Positions 47,641 to 61,662 of a DNA stretch of 64,000 bases are shown piece after piece. Position 1 is the stretch's first letter, and each line of letters opens with the position of its first letter. Origin of the DNA: the human T2T-CHM13v2.0 reference genome, Homo sapiens; the NCBI RefSeq assembly GCF_009914755.1, contig NC_060944.1, one strand, 5' to 3'. The notes beneath the pieces were generated by a model. It saw only the letters and a program-made list of their open reading frames with translations, had not been told where the DNA came from and did not search any database. The position numbers were made by a program, and so were the translations under genes.

Positions 47641-48420
47641 GGGGCTACATGGGGACAATTTACAAGTTTCAGGAAAGGAAGAAACAACAAAGGCAGAAAT
47701 CCCTTTTTAATGTAATGTTATGAAAGAGGAAAGAAAGAATTACGGCTCTGAAGCTCTAATCTAAAGATTAGACAGAAGCCTGGGAGGAAATGATCACAAA
47801 ATAATCAAATCCTTGATGATCTCAATAGGAATAAGCCAGAAAATGAAGAGAGTTCAGTTTACGAAAGCAGATTTGCTTAGATTTTCTCTCCAGCCTTTTT
47901 CCCCTAACGATTACAGGAATGTGAGTGAAGGATGAATGGAGATATTAGAACTATTATTTAGCAGCCTAAAGTTTGCTTCAGAAACAAACAAACCAGGGTC
48001 TCAGAAGGACAGAAATGATGAGAAACCAACCAAGGCCTCACTGCAGACTCTGTGTAGTTAGGGCACATTGGAAATGAGGCCATGTCCTCAACAAGAAGTA
48101 GAATTAGACAGCCCAGCAATATTAAGCGGGCCAACATTGAAAGAAGTTGTTGCCAGCAAAGGGCATAAAAATAATAACAACAAACAGAACATTTAAAATC
48201 TATTGGGCAGAAGGAAAGGATCAGAGAAGTTGTTTTTTTGACAGATGAAAGCTGTAAAAATCTTTCTCACTTCTGACTTTTCAGAAAAGATCAGCAGTGA
48301 ACATTTGGTTGCAGCAAGTTCTAGTTATACATTAGGAAAGAAGGCAAACTCTAGACAGGGGGTGATGTAGTTCAAGATGACCCAGAAATATGGGATGCAT
48401 TGAGCTTAGCAGGGCCCACA

Positions 48421-48630
48421 CAGTGCTATCCAAAAGGACTTTCTGCATGGGTGGGCATGGTCTGCCCCAGTGGTGTCCAGGACAGTGGCCACTGGCCACA
48501 CATGGCTCTTGAGCACTGGAAATGTGACTACTGTACCCAAAGAACTGAATTTTTGAATTTTATTAACTTTTAATCACTGTAATTATAATTAACCATGTGT
48601 AGCTGAGGGCTTCCATATTAGACATCCCAG
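48421..48630. mobile_element. MER3
   Basis: cagtgctatccaa...ttgagcactggaaatgtgact...aagaactgaatttt...catattagaca. Confidence 0.82.
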
Positions 48631-48984
48631 GCCTGGAATATATTCCCCCAGGTAATGTGAGATGTCGTGAAGGAGCCACTGGCCTCCTATTTTGAGACAT
48701 CACATAGAACAGATAATAAGCCCAAAAACTGGGGAAGGGCCAGTGTCACAATTGTACTTTTCTAAGAGAAATGTGACCACTGGAAACTACAGGTTTGTCC
48801 AACATCTGAAGGTACATGGGATTGTACCCTCATAGTAATGAACTGTTATGCATCATCTTCATGCTTGTTAAACTTGTTATTCATTATTCCTTCAAGAAAT
48901 CAGAGAATGCTTATTCTATTATAGAGAATGAAGTTTTGCCTGATTCTAGGATCACAAATAAAAGTCAATGAATTTTCTTTTAAA

Positions 48985-49400
48985 GAAATAGTTATTGAGT
49001 AATACATATGAGGTCAACTCTGGGAGCCATGTGGTGAACAAACAGACCCCATCTCTGCCTTCATCTCCTGGAAATGTTCCTCTGGCAAAAAGAACAGACC
49101 TCTGACCAATAATCACATTGATGTATTTAATTATAGTATAACTATAAAAGGTACTGTCAATAAAGAGGACATAGTACTGTGGGAACAAATAACGGGGCCT
49201 CAGACATAGCAGAAGGCAGCAGGGATGGCTCTTCTGGGGAAATAGCATTTAAGTAGGAGTTAGTCACGCAGAGATGTAGCAGCAGGTAGGTGGGAAAGGG
49301 CATTCCAGGTAGAGGGAACAGCATGCGGACTGGCCCTGGGGAAGGGAGGACTTTGACATATTTCAGGAATCATAAGAATGCAGTGTAGCTAGAATGCAAT
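48985..49400 (-). mobile_element. L2 fragment
   Basis: tattgagta...gtgaacaaacagac...gcattccaggtagagggaacagcatg. Confidence 0.75.
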
Positions 49401-49739
49401 TTGAAATATCATCAGGTGGTAGAGCCTTTTGGGGCAACAAAGCCCAGTGGTTTTCTCGACCATTTATGATTAGCAGGGGAATCCTTTAGTCAAACAAAAT
49501 AAAATGGGTAACCCTCATGATAAAACAGGTAAAAGCAGCTGTGCTCAGGTCTCCTGTGTGCTTCTGCACGGAAGTGCCTTCGCTAAGCTTTGGGACTTGA
49601 TGAAGGTCACGTATCTTGATAAGAGCAAGGGGAAATCAGCATTGTGGTCATCTGGCCCCACTGCCAAAGGATATTTCTGCTTTACTGCAAAGCAATAATT
49701 CTGAACCTGCTGTCAGGGATTTCTTGGCACCCCTTTAAA

Positions 49740-49852
49740 ATTCAGTTTTACTCAGCAAATATTTTTGAGTGCCTACTATGTGTGTCAGGTACTCTCCTGG
49801 GAGCTGGGAATATCTCGGTTAACAAAACAGACCATGGCACCTGGTGGAGCTA
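49740..49852 (-). mobile_element. L2 3' fragment
   Basis: cagcaaatatttttgagtgcctactatgtgtcagg. Confidence 0.8.
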
Positions 49853-51765
49853 AATTTTTGTGAGCTCGTATTTAGACAATGAAATATGGGCTGGGTAAGC
49901 CAATAGCCTTTCTAGTTGCAGAAATCCTTAGGTTCTTATGACAGCACTGTGGACAAATAAAAACTCCCTTACCCACTTGTCATGGGGGTGTAGGTAAAAG
50001 TGGAAAAGCAAATGGGCAGTGAGAGCCGCAGTCAGTACTTTGTAAGTAGGGCTTGCAAAGGAATTACCAGGAAACAAGAAATCCCCTGGAGCCTAACGGG
50101 TCTAGTTTTACCCCAGTTTTTTGCCTGGCCTTCCATCAGCCTTTCTCCTTCTGTATTTGTTCAGACGCACCTAGCTGATGATTTGGGCATGAGTTTTAAT
50201 CCAGTTCAGTGCATTCTTCAATGTGATACAGCATGGTTGCTGATGGGGCCCAGAGGTCGGGCTGGACACTCCTGTGGGGAAGTCATGTGTGGTCTGTTCA
50301 GAGTGCAAGCATGTCCCCTTGCAACTGCATGATGCATGCAGCTCCTCACAAGAGCTTGGCCATGGCTGAAGGACTGAAGGGGCTCTTCCCCAGGAGGCTG
50401 GCTCTTTCCCTAATTAAGTGGCAGTTCTTTCACCTGGTGCCCAAGCAAGATGGTCTTGCATTCCTGGTTTCTTTCAAGCCTATTAGGGTTGAAATGGCTC
50501 TATTTTTAAAAGGCCAGTCAGTTTTTTTCCACTGTCTCTCGGGGTACTTAGGACAGAGAGAGCAGACAGTATGACACATCCCAAAGTCATCCTTCCCTAG
50601 TGACCACTAGCCAGTGCCCCAGGAGGTCCTACATCCACAGGGTGGGTTCTTGCTAAACATGACTTTCTCTGAAAGACAGAAATCACATCTTTTCAGCTGC
50701 CCCCGCCCCAATCCCCAGCTTCTCTGGAATCTTAATTCCAAGGTGCAGTGCATTTTTCCATAGTCCCTAGTCCCCAGGTCTCCAGAGGGCCCGGGCCCAC
50801 TCCTAGCATCCCCTCTGTGCAGTGGCTTGAGTGAGAGGTTAGTTGGCGTGACTGAAACCAGGACTTGGGATTCTCATGTTGGTGCTTCTTCCAGCAGCTC
50901 TTTGAGAAAACCAGGAACCACTAGCACATCACTCTCAAGTCTGTCTTCCCGTTTTTTCTGGAAAGTAAAAGTTACTGTTAGGAAAAAAGATTAGTGTTTG
51001 AGAAAACAAAATGTTGGTGCGCCTTCTGTCAGTGGCATTCTAGCTGCCTCAAATTTCTTTTCATTTTGAGTCAGGGAATAAACGACCAAAATGTACTTAG
51101 TACCCTGGCCACATGTATGGAAGCCAAAGGCAGAATAGCGACTTGGGTTAGATCACAAGGGAGAAGCGTAATTTCAGCCACATCTATCTTCACAATCACT
51201 GCTCCTCTACATTTTCGTTGAAAACCATCCTGACTTAAATAACCTGATTCCCAATAGTGCATTTGGTTTCAGTGCTGTTTCCAACCAGTTTAAAACAAAA
51301 TCACAAGCCTTGAAGAATTTGAAGAATTTAAATTTTATTTCTACAAAGGATAATTATTGAAAGGTATAGCTTCCTGGGCTTATGGTCACACACTGGACAG
51401 TATAAAGTGAAGGTGTCTTATTTTTGGCAGGTGTAGAAGGAACTTTGGGTAAAATAATGAAACAGTTTTAACACACGGATTTGGAAATGTATTCATGTTT
51501 ATTCCGTGAATGATTTTCTCTGCTGAAGGACTGTGTTAATAAATATTCTGCCAGCAAATATATTTTCTAAAAGGAACTTCTGAAAATATGATTTTGAATT
51601 GCTTCATGGAACTTGCTGGAGTCTTGGGCCTGCCCCTCCTTCTTATTTAATTGCTTTAGAAAGTTCTTAGAATGCAGTCTAAGAGGCTTAACTGCCTTCA
51701 AGAATATTGTAGCAGCCCATCCCGAAGTGCTTATTACATTAGAACATTTAGTGCTTTTAAAGATG

Positions 51766-51796
<31 letters not shown>

Positions 51797-51822
51797 CGTG
51801 TGTGTGTGTGTGAGAGAGAGAG
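51766..51822. repeat. compound (TG)n/(CG)-(GA)n microsatellite
   Basis: directly visible. Confidence 0.95.
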
Positions 51823-52064
51823 AAAGCATATCTAAATGTTGGTACCAAATCATACCCCATTGGAAAGATTCAATTTTCTGAAATTCCACCTAAGAATTTT
51901 TGTATGTATATATGAAGGCAATTGTGAAATTATAGAGAATTAGCAAAGTTTATTTAGAATTTGAGGGGTTTGGAGTGCAGTTTTACAGATTTTCTGACTC
52001 TCTTTTCTTTAATGTCCATGCAGAGACTAACATAATTGACTTTTAGATCTTTATCCAGAGAGTC

Positions 52065-52270
52065 AATCCAATTCAATTCAAAAATGTTTATTGCCAGTCC
52101 ACTCTGAACAAACAGGATGTGATTTCTACCTTAAAGGAATTTACAGTCTAGCTGGGGCTCAAGACACATGTTGACACATTTATTGCAATACAGAGTGATG
52201 AATGCAGTGAGAAAAGTGGGGTGAGCTACAGGAGACTGGCAGACAGACTGAAAGGTAGCACAGAGGGGGA
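52065..52270 (-). mobile_element. L2 fragment
   Basis: caattcaattcaaaaatgtttattg...ccttaaaggaatttacagtctag. Confidence 0.65.
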
Positions 52271-52667
52271 AATCATTACATTTGGGGACCTGGGGGTGCA
52301 GTAGACATCACAGCGTGCTCTATGCCCTCGGTGGCTGGTTCAGCACCCCAACTAGAATGAGACAGTGCCATGACCTTGCCATCCCAAAGCACAGTGAGGT
52401 TATTTGTTTGCTTTTCCTATTGTAAGTTAGAGAAATATTGCACCCCATTTATGAGGTACTAAGTTTCCAAGACACAAGTGTAATCCCTGGTGATGTGAAG
52501 GGAGGGGTCCAGTAAGAGAAGGCAGTTGACATGTGGTGCTGCCAGGTGTCTGTGACTAGCACAGACACATATCACTCACCAATCATGGCACTCTTTTCTG
52601 TTGATCTCTGACAACACGGTGAACCAGGTAGTTTCTACCAATCTGTGAGGTTGGGATCCAGAGGATA

Positions 52668-53030
52668 TCAATTGACAATTACCAGAGGATCTGTTTCTGG
52701 AAACTGAGTAAGAAGATGGGATCTTGTTGGATGCATTAATCCAGAGACGATGGAGGCATCCAAGGACTGGAGCGCCTCCTTGTCACAGAGTCCACAAGCA
52801 GAGTGGTTGAGCATTCTGGGAGTGTATTTGGCAGCAGCAGCACTAAGAGGATGGCGGTAGGAGACCTTTGGATAGTTGGAAATGCCCTTCAGATGGAAAG
52901 CATTCGCCATCTTTAGTTTTTCTGTGTCCCGGTGCTGTGTCCTCATTCCTGTCTTCCTCCTGTGAGTTGAGAACGGGGCAGGTCGTGCTCTGATGCTGCA
53001 GCTCCTGCTGCTTCCAGTGTGAAGGGGCAC
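52668..53030 (-). mobile_element. ancient LINE C-terminal fossil (RTE-X/L4-like zinc-knuckle region)
   Basis: open 120-codon frame with AF.L...N.P ... CGLCDKEALQSL ... R..LL, resembling the C-terminal CxxC..E...H....C knuckle of non-LTR RTs. Confidence 0.35.
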
Positions 53031-53968
53031 CTGGCAGAGCAGAGCTGCCTTTCATGTCGGACACAGAGAAGGGAAAATAACAACAAAGTTTTCCTGCTTT
53101 AGAAGAGAACTGCAGGAAAGATGCAGCAGAGAGAGCTCTTCGTGGAGAATAAATGAATCACGGAAGTGTCTATTTTAGGAATCTTTACTCTTGATTAATC
53201 TCAGACATAGAAAGAAAAGAAAGGAAAACAAGTAGCCAAGAACAACAATAGTAATGATAGTTGTCATTTAAACTATGCCCTTCTTTTCCATGTTATATAG
53301 GTTCCCATTCTCCACCATATTGATGTCTGAATCTTTTATATTTTAGCAAGGACATATTGGCAATGGTCAGTCTCTATCATGGCGTCTGCATGCTAACCAT
53401 GAAACCGCCACAGAAGAATTTGGCAGAAGGTGTCACTGAAATAGGAGTAAGTCCTTCTACTTCTTTCTGCATTCGTGGTGGTTGGGACACACCAAGGATG
53501 AAGGCTGCTACAGTTCTAAGGAAACCTTGTGGCTTTATGGGAGTAAACCTGTAAAACTGGTTCCTTCTCTGAACATTCTTTCTGTAACACTTAAAAAAAT
53601 ACCAACAGTTTGCAAAACACTTCTAAGAATAGAAAAGAAGTCCTCCCTTACCTCAATAAAATGTGGGAATAAAATGTTGAGTACAAATGCCTTTGAACTC
53701 AGAAACTGGAGAATTTGTAATATTTTACTTTTGTCTGATTGTGAAACACATGCCTGTTCATTGGAGAAAAGTTGTAAAACACTAAAGTACCAAGTAAAAA
53801 ATACTAATTATATCATTCAGATATACCATTAACATTTAGTATATTTGTTGTCATTAAAAATTCTATAAACATTTTTTTTAAATCTACATAATGCTTTGCC
53901 ATTCCTAAGAGATTAACCCGTAAAATAATTTTCCCCTTTTTCTAGTGAGGGTTTATTTTTGACATTAA

Positions 53969-54273
<305 letters not shown>

Positions 54274-54479
54274 TAAAAATACTGTTCTGATGACCATCCT
54301 TGTGCCAAAATTGGTGTCTCCATTTTTGTCTATGTCATTAGGAGAGATTCCTAGAAGCAAAATACTGGTCAAAGGGTTATGGACAATTTAACACTCCTCT
54401 GGAAATAAAGGACATCCATATAATGTGGCAAATAATTTATAAAGCATTTCACCAGGGAAATGAGATTTGCCTTCATGTT

Positions 54480-54910
54480 TTCATTCATTCATTTGTTCAT
54501 TCGGGAAACATTTATTGAGCTCCTGCTGTATGCTTTCACTGTTCTGGGCGCAAGAGACACAGGGATGCACATGAGAAATAGTTTGGCTAAAGGGAGAAGA
54601 CGATCCAGAAACACATCAAAGCACCAGATATTATCAGGGAGAGTTCCGTGAAGAGCTCAGTGTTCTTGGGTCATGTTACTGAGTTGATTGGTGAGGAGGG
54701 AGACTTAGAGCTTCTTTAGATTGTAGATCCAGGAGGCCTCTCTGAGAAGGTGACTCATAGGCTGGGACTGAATTACAAGGAGACACCCTATGAAGACCAG
54801 GGAGAAGGAGGAGCCCTTCCCAGGAAGAGGCGCAGCAGGAGCAGAGGCCCTGCAGGGGACCTCTGTGCATGGGCGAGGGGAGGTGGAAACAGCTGCAGGG
54901 ATAGTGGGTT
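54480..54910 (-). mobile_element. L2 fragment
   Basis: tcattcattcattt...acatttattgagctcct...caggaggcctctctgagaaggtgac. Confidence 0.82.
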
Positions 54911-55189
54911 CAGGAAGCAAAACATGAGTGCAGATGTTGACACTGAAGGGTCTAGAGGCAGGATGTTTCCCATCAGGTGAAGACCAGGGTGTGCAGCTTT
55001 TGGAGAGTATGCATGACCTGAGAAGGAGGAGAATGTTCTGTGCCGGATCAGACAAGTGAACTAGAAAAGGTTCTGAGCACCTTTGTGGATGAGCCACTGA
55101 GTCAGAAAGACTGCAGCACAATTATGCTCAAATGTCTCATTGGAGAAGGAGTAGGGGAGATACATTTCTTATATGATTGTAACAAGCAA

Positions 55190-55417
55190 GGAAAAATAAC
55201 CCAAGTGTCAAGCTAGGAAAATGATGCAATAAATTATGATAGACTTGAAGTATAAAATATTATGTGACTATTTACAATCATGCTTGTGAAGAATTTTAAT
55301 AACATAGGAAAATACTAACACTACTATGTTGAATTTTAAAAGATCTAAAATTATACATAAAAAACTATACACAGTTATATAACTGTGCTATTATGTATAG
55401 TTTGAATATATATAATA

Positions 55418-55450
<33 letters not shown>

Positions 55451-55610
55451 GTATTCAAAAAATGTCCTGGCATAGAGTGGTCCAAAATGTTATTAGTGGA
55501 AGTCTTTGGGTGGTAGAATTGTGGTTATCTTTAATTTTTATGTTTATCCTTTTTTGCATCTTTCAAATTTTTAATGATACATGCATCACATCTAAAATCT
55601 AAAAAATAAA
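55190..55610 (+). mobile_element. L1ME 3' fragment containing (TG)n(TA)n at 55418-55451
   Basis: aacccaagtgtc...aataaattatg...ccaaaatgtta...ctttgggtggtagaatt. Confidence 0.65.
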
Positions 55611-56249
55611 GTATGTCGACAGTTTTTTGAATGCCAGAATTCAGACGAAATTCATCGCACAGTTATTCAATTACAGAACAAGAAACTGCAGAAAGAATAG
55701 AGGCATTAGCTAGAAAAACGTTGGAAGGAACCATGTAACAAAGCAAGTTCCTCCCAAGAATCAGGAGACTTTATCAAACTCCTCATTAGAGGCCTAGAAA
55801 AAATACCTACAAAGAAGCAAGAAATGTGGCACCCAGAGGGAGAAAAATAAATTATCATCTTAACAGAAAGGCATTAGACAGTGTCCTTGAGGAAGCGAAC
55901 CCAGCGTGCGGTCATGGCCTCCAAAAGATAGAAGAGAAAGAAAAGAAAAAAGGAAGCAGCCTCATTGTCATGCATCTCAGGACACATTTAGAGGAGAAAC
56001 AGAAGGTGCTGTGCTCTGGCCTGGGTTGCTAGGCTCTCTCAGGCTATCTCACCACAAGGAAGGTGGTCAGAGAAAGAGAACACTCAGGGACAATAAGTAT
56101 GTATCAGATCATGAGATGACAAAATGGCAGAACTGGAGGAAATACGCCTCTTCATCCCTGGTTGGGTTGAAAAATAAGCGTGGTTCTCTCGGGGAGGTCT
56201 CTGGATTCCAAAAAGCCGAAACCACATCTAATTTTGGTTTTGGTCATAG

Positions 56250-56330
56250 CCCCAGCACCAAGAACATTGCCTGGCACATAATAGGTGCTCAGTAAACCCT
56301 GAAAATAAGTGAATGAAAGAATCCAATGAA
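56250..56330 (+). mobile_element. L2 3' end
   Basis: cccagcacca...tgcctggcacataataggtgctcagtaaa...gtgaatgaa. Confidence 0.8.
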
Positions 56331-57977
56331 CCATGATTTGAAGGTATCTCAAGTGGTGACACTAGCAACATCTTCATTCACCAATTCATTCGTTTTCTCT
56401 ACAAACATGTATTGAACATTTTCCTGTGAAAGGCACCATCTTTAAAATAAAAACTGGTTCACAACAATTTGATGAGCTCAGTGGGCTCACATTCAGTTGT
56501 GACAGGGAGCTGTGGTGGGAGTTGTTTCTGGAAACATCCCAGCCTTTTGAGTTGAAGTCTAGGGAGAAGCCACATAATGCTGTTCTGCTTTCCTTGGTGC
56601 CTAAGAATGGCCACACATTTACGATTTGGTTTCTTAGTCCCTGCTTTCCAGGTGATGTTCCCCTCTGCCATTTTGGGCACCGATGGCCCATGGGCTGGCT
56701 GCTGTGGAGGATGCCTGCTTGAACCCAGGGTGATCACAATCTGAATGGTGTGATCTGTGACACCCTGAGCACACTTTTGCATCAGGGCTCCCATTACCCC
56801 TTCCTTAGGTGCTGAATCTCCCCATGTTCCCAAATAGGTGTTACCCACCTTGGGCCTGAATTGGTCTTTCTTTGAATTCTTGCTTCAAAAAGAAAGTGTT
56901 GGGTTTTTCTTTAGGGGGACAATGACGTGGACTTTATTTTTTCTAACACAAGTCTTCAGAACTCTGTGGTATCCTGTTAGTTGGCAGGACAGTAAAGTCA
57001 ATATTTGGGAAATGTCAAGATATGTTTGGACTTTGCCTTGGACATCGCCGAGCAGATTGATGTTTCTTCCTCCCAAGTCTAGGACCTGGATCTTTTAAGT
57101 GCATCCAGCAGCAAGAAGGAAGTTGAATTTCCCAGGCAACTGAAAACCCTGGCTGTTGGAACAATCTTGCTGTGATGCATGAGTGAGTCAAATAAGCTTG
57201 AGTGATTTAAGGGAAACAAATATGGAGCAACAGGGTATCACTTGGAGGAGGGTCTCATTGGCTTCCCCTCAAAGCTTTGGCCACCTTTCAGTCAGTTTGA
57301 ATAATTGTAGGTTATGCTTTTGAAGAGCAGAAACGCAAATGTTTCACTTGAGCAACCTCTGACGCGTTGATCTCCAGTAGTACATTATAACTTTGGGCAT
57401 GAGGACACTGAATTTCCCTTGACACTGTCAAAATAGTTGACAATTTTTTTGTACATATTTGGTGAACTTCCTTTGTGTTCATCTCAGGACTGTCGGCATG
57501 TCAGAAATTCACAATGTGAGCTAAAGAAAAGCTCCATGATAGTCCCCAACCCCAGCCCTTACTTGTTCTTCACTGTATTTTTAACTGTGAGTACACGGGG
57601 TCAGGGTCACGGCCTCTTCTTCTGCAACAAGCTAGGAAAACCTCTTGAAAATATGAAATTACAGTATTATTGAGTATACCACTAGGCAAATTCTGAACTC
57701 CAGTAATTCTAGGAATTCAGTGCATTTGGCCTGCAAATTTATCTCTCACTATTTTTCTTCAAATCCATCCAGTGCATCTTTGTTTTAAGCCTAATAAAAT
57801 TAAGCCTTAATAAAATTATTCAGGCAGGAGTGACCCAGACAAAGAAAGATGGGCTTGGTTGGGGTGGCAAGACAGAACTGTAAATTCATGGAAAAAACCT
57901 TTTGATAGGATAAAGATGGGAAAGTCATGAAGAAGATTGTGACCATTCAGGTTCCCCTGTGAGCGAAATGCCAAATT

Positions 57978-58229
57978 GAAGAAGAAAAGAAAAAGAAGGA
58001 GGTGGAGAAGGAGGAAGAAGAGACAGGGAGGAAGAAGAGGAAGAGTAAATAAGGAGTAGGAGGGAGAATAAGAAGAGAAGAAACAGAAGAGGGAGATGAG
58101 GAAGCAGGAGGAGAAGGAGGAAAAGAGGAAGACGGAGAAGGAGGAGGGACAGGACGAGGAGAAAGGAGGGCAGGAAGAGAAAGAGAAGGAGGAGCAAGAG
58201 GAGGAGGAGGAGGAGGGGAGGAGGAGGAG
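57978..58229. repeat. GA-rich low-complexity polypurine tract
   Basis: ~250 bp of GAA/GGA/GAG with very few pyrimidines. Confidence 0.95.
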
Positions 58230-59344
58230 CACCTGAAGGCAGCAGCATGCCCTGATGAAATTCTTTTAAGATCTCCCACAGAATAGTATAGGGTGCATAT
58301 TTTGGATGTCACTTTGACTTGATATCTTTTAAAGAAAGAGAAAATGGGCTGTTTTCTCATGGCCTGAATCACTTGGACTTCATTTGTGCAGTAACAGCTG
58401 AATAGCTTGCATTCAGCCCCTAAACTCCCAGTAACCAGCCAATTGATATTACTTTGGAGGCCTCCTTCTCTTTGATGTATCTCTGTTGAACACATCACAA
58501 TGTTTTTGGGATAAATATAAAAGATAGTTCAAAGTGGGAAGAGTGGCTTAAATGGGGAGGAATATCCCAACTGGTGGTTGCTATCATAATGCGTCATCTT
58601 GGCATGAATGCTCTAATTGGAGATTTCTGATGCTCAACTGGGACACTTCTAGGATCTGTTAGCTCCTGAAGTAATTTTCAGCCCTTTTGCCTTTGGGCTA
58701 CCTACTTAGTCGTTGAGAAAGACCAAACCCAGAAGTATAGGGCCAGGACTAGAAGTCTTCCAGAATTGGACTGGACCTATAGCTAGTTACATTTTCATAA
58801 GTCAGACCATTTTCTGAAAACAGAAAGAAAATGGAGAAATGAGAACTTGCATCATTACATGGTTTATGATGCTTCATGGAGTATCTTGAGCAAAACCAAG
58901 ATGCAATGAATATTTGTTGTATAAATAAATCAATGGTACCAGACATTGGGGTCCCTGGTCTCTAGGACAGTGGAAAAGAGCAGAGGAATTGGAGGAAATG
59001 CTGAAGAGTTAGAAAAATTTTCTAACTTCTCTTCAAGCAAGGATTACTGTTTCAGGTGGGCCCTTTGAGCTGCCCCGTTCTTTAAAGGAGACTGTCTGGG
59101 AAGATGCTCCACGCTGAATGTTCTAGCTGCACTGATTGCCCCCCTGGTTGCTTGTTTGGTTTCTATCAAGAACACCCAGTAATCACCTTTCACTTTCCCC
59201 CCAACCTCACCTTTGCAGCAGACTGATGATTACATTTTGATTTGCAACTTCTTGTTCTAAAACAGGTAAGCAGAAGGAAAAACATGTCTCTATGACATTC
59301 TACCATAGTTCCCCAGGACAGGAATATTTTAGTCAAGCTCTTTG

Positions 59345-60285
59345 TTAGAATGGCTTAAAGTAAATGCATTGAAAGAAATCATCATGGAATCAATCAATAG
59401 GTTTGACGTAATAACATTTTAAAATTTCTCTTTATAATGTTATCTCATGAGCAAAATCAACAGACAAGCATCAAGCTGGGAAATGTTTGAAACCAATATG
59501 TTGGAGAAAAAATATTAATATTCCTAATATATAAAGAATGCATACAAATCAATAAGAAAAACATTAAGACCCAAAATAGATACCCAGGTAAAGGACAAAC
59601 AAATCTCTGAAGAGGGAATGCAAATGGCAAATCAGCATATGATACAATGTCCAGCCCTCCTTGGTTTTGAACAAAATGCAAATTGAAATAGCAGAAGGAC
59701 ATCATTTGCCCTATCAAATTAACAAAGATTCTAAAATGATGGTCGAAGAAAGGGGGCAGTGAAGTAGAATGTCATGTGCTACTCAGGAGAGGCACAGATT
59801 TTCTGGAAAATAACTAGCCCATTATAAATCAAGAGCCTTAAAACAGGTGGATACGTTTTGACCTAGGAATTCAGCTTCTAGAAATGTATCATGAGGAGGT
59901 CATCAGAAATATGGGAACTCACTTATATACAAAGATATTAATAACAGACATTTGCTTTATTTAAACATTAATTATCAAAGAGTCAAAGTGCACCAAATCA
60001 TGAGAATGGCTCAATGAATATGGCTTATCCATTCCACGGAATATAGAGCTGTTAAACATGGTATGTGTGTAAAGAGTTTGTGTGGCATGAAAAAACTTTT
60101 AAGATATAACATTAGTAGAACAAAATAGGAAAATATCACTACATATCATTTTATATATTTTCAAAACCGTAAAGAGACTGGAAGAAAATACTCTAAATTC
60201 TTACATCAGTTATCTCAGGACAATGCAATTACAAGGAACTATTATTTTCTTTTTAAACATTTTTTTCTCCAGGTTTTCAGAAAGG
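59345..60285 (+). mobile_element. L1ME ORF2 C-terminus and 3' UTR
   Basis: aaatcaataagaaaa...atgcaaatggcaaat...tttgacctaggaattcagcttctagaaat...gactggaagaaaatac. Confidence 0.75.
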
Positions 60286-61163
60286 GTATCTTTTCCTCTT
60301 AAAATAGAAGAGAGAATAGCATTCTCTCAGAGAGGCCCTCAGTCAAGATCAATGACCTCATGGTTTAGTGTTATCTTAGAGCATGAACTCAATCTGTGGA
60401 CAAATAACCTGTAAATTACATAATGCATCATATCACGTTTCCCTTTCTGCCTTGGCTGTCAAAAACCTAAGGCCAATTATAATGTTCAACCAAAATAAAT
60501 AATTATCTTGACTTTGTATTGAGTTTTCTCCCACTTCTTTTTATATCACTTCATGAATTTTATATTTATTTTTATAGCCTTATAGTATGTATCTTTAGTT
60601 AGAAACCACTTCAAATTCTTTTTATTTTAAAAGTAGTTGGCTCTCTCATTATAATACCTATAAATGTGTATATCGAGCTTTAGAGTCAGTAAAAAGCATT
60701 GACCATATTTAGTTTTGATGTGTTGTCCAGCAGCAGGGGTCTTTGGGAAGTGATATAAGGATCCTGGTGGTGTTGAGAGTGGACACGCTTGTGGATACAC
60801 AGGTATGTGCACACCACTGACACACTCACACCTGCTCATCCTGCATGTTCATTGTAGAATATAAGCCTCAGGGCTGCACCTTTTCATGCCTGCATGTTAT
60901 TCCAGAACTGTGTAGGCTCCTGTGCCTTGATTGTGCAGTGCACGGTGTGACCTGAATGACAGAAGCCACCTCACCAAAGTGAGGCAGAACTTTATTACAA
61001 ACCCTCAAGTCCACTCTCCCGCATGTCTATAGAAAAGTTGAGGTGGAAACAACTGCTTCCAGCCATACCATTCATTTTTCCTAAAGAAACCCTAAGTAAG
61101 TATTCTAAGTTCCACTGTTTAAAAAAAGTGAGATAAAACAACCTTTCAAAACTAACTCTGGGC

Positions 61164-61241
61164 TCACCAGAATGTATACCTTAAATGTGTACAAGATTTT
61201 GTGTATCAGTTATACCTCAATAAAGCTTAAAAAAAAAAAAA
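61164..61241 (+). mobile_element. very short L1 3' terminus with polyA
   Basis: gtatcagttatacctcaataaagctt plus A run; TSD-like aaaactaactctggg / aaaactgaatctagg. Confidence 0.8.
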
Positions 61242-61511
61242 CTGAATCTAGGTCCCTGGTCAGGGATTTCGGCTTTCTCTTAGGGTGAGGTATTGTTCAA
61301 AATTAGCATGCATTTCAGAGAATTTGTTCTGTCAAGTGAATTATCTCATCCTATTATATTCCAATTCCAGGAGGGGAAAGCTAAGATATACAGTAAACCT
61401 AAAGTCATGATTTTAGACTTCCAAATAATGTCTTAAATTAAAAGGAAAACTCACCAAGACTCTCTTGTCCTTGAAAGACCTTTTTCTCTAGATTGTGCAA
61501 GGTGGTAGGCA

Positions 61512-61662
61512 TATCATGGTAGCTAAGCAAAGGTCAGGGGTTCAGACAGGCCTGGCTTTGAATTATATCTCTCCTGCTTATTAGCTCTGTAAGTTTGGCA
61601 GTGATATTTAACTCCACTGAGCCTCAGTTTTCTCATTTGTAAATAAACCCAGTAATGATAGT
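61512..61662 (+). mobile_element. MIR
   Basis: ctgagcctcagttttctcatttgtaaa core. Confidence 0.8.

Noticed and set aside
57816-58498. Longest ORFs in the track (183, 138 and 107 aa, minus strand)
   Set aside because: They are stop-free only because they read through the CT-rich low-complexity tract.
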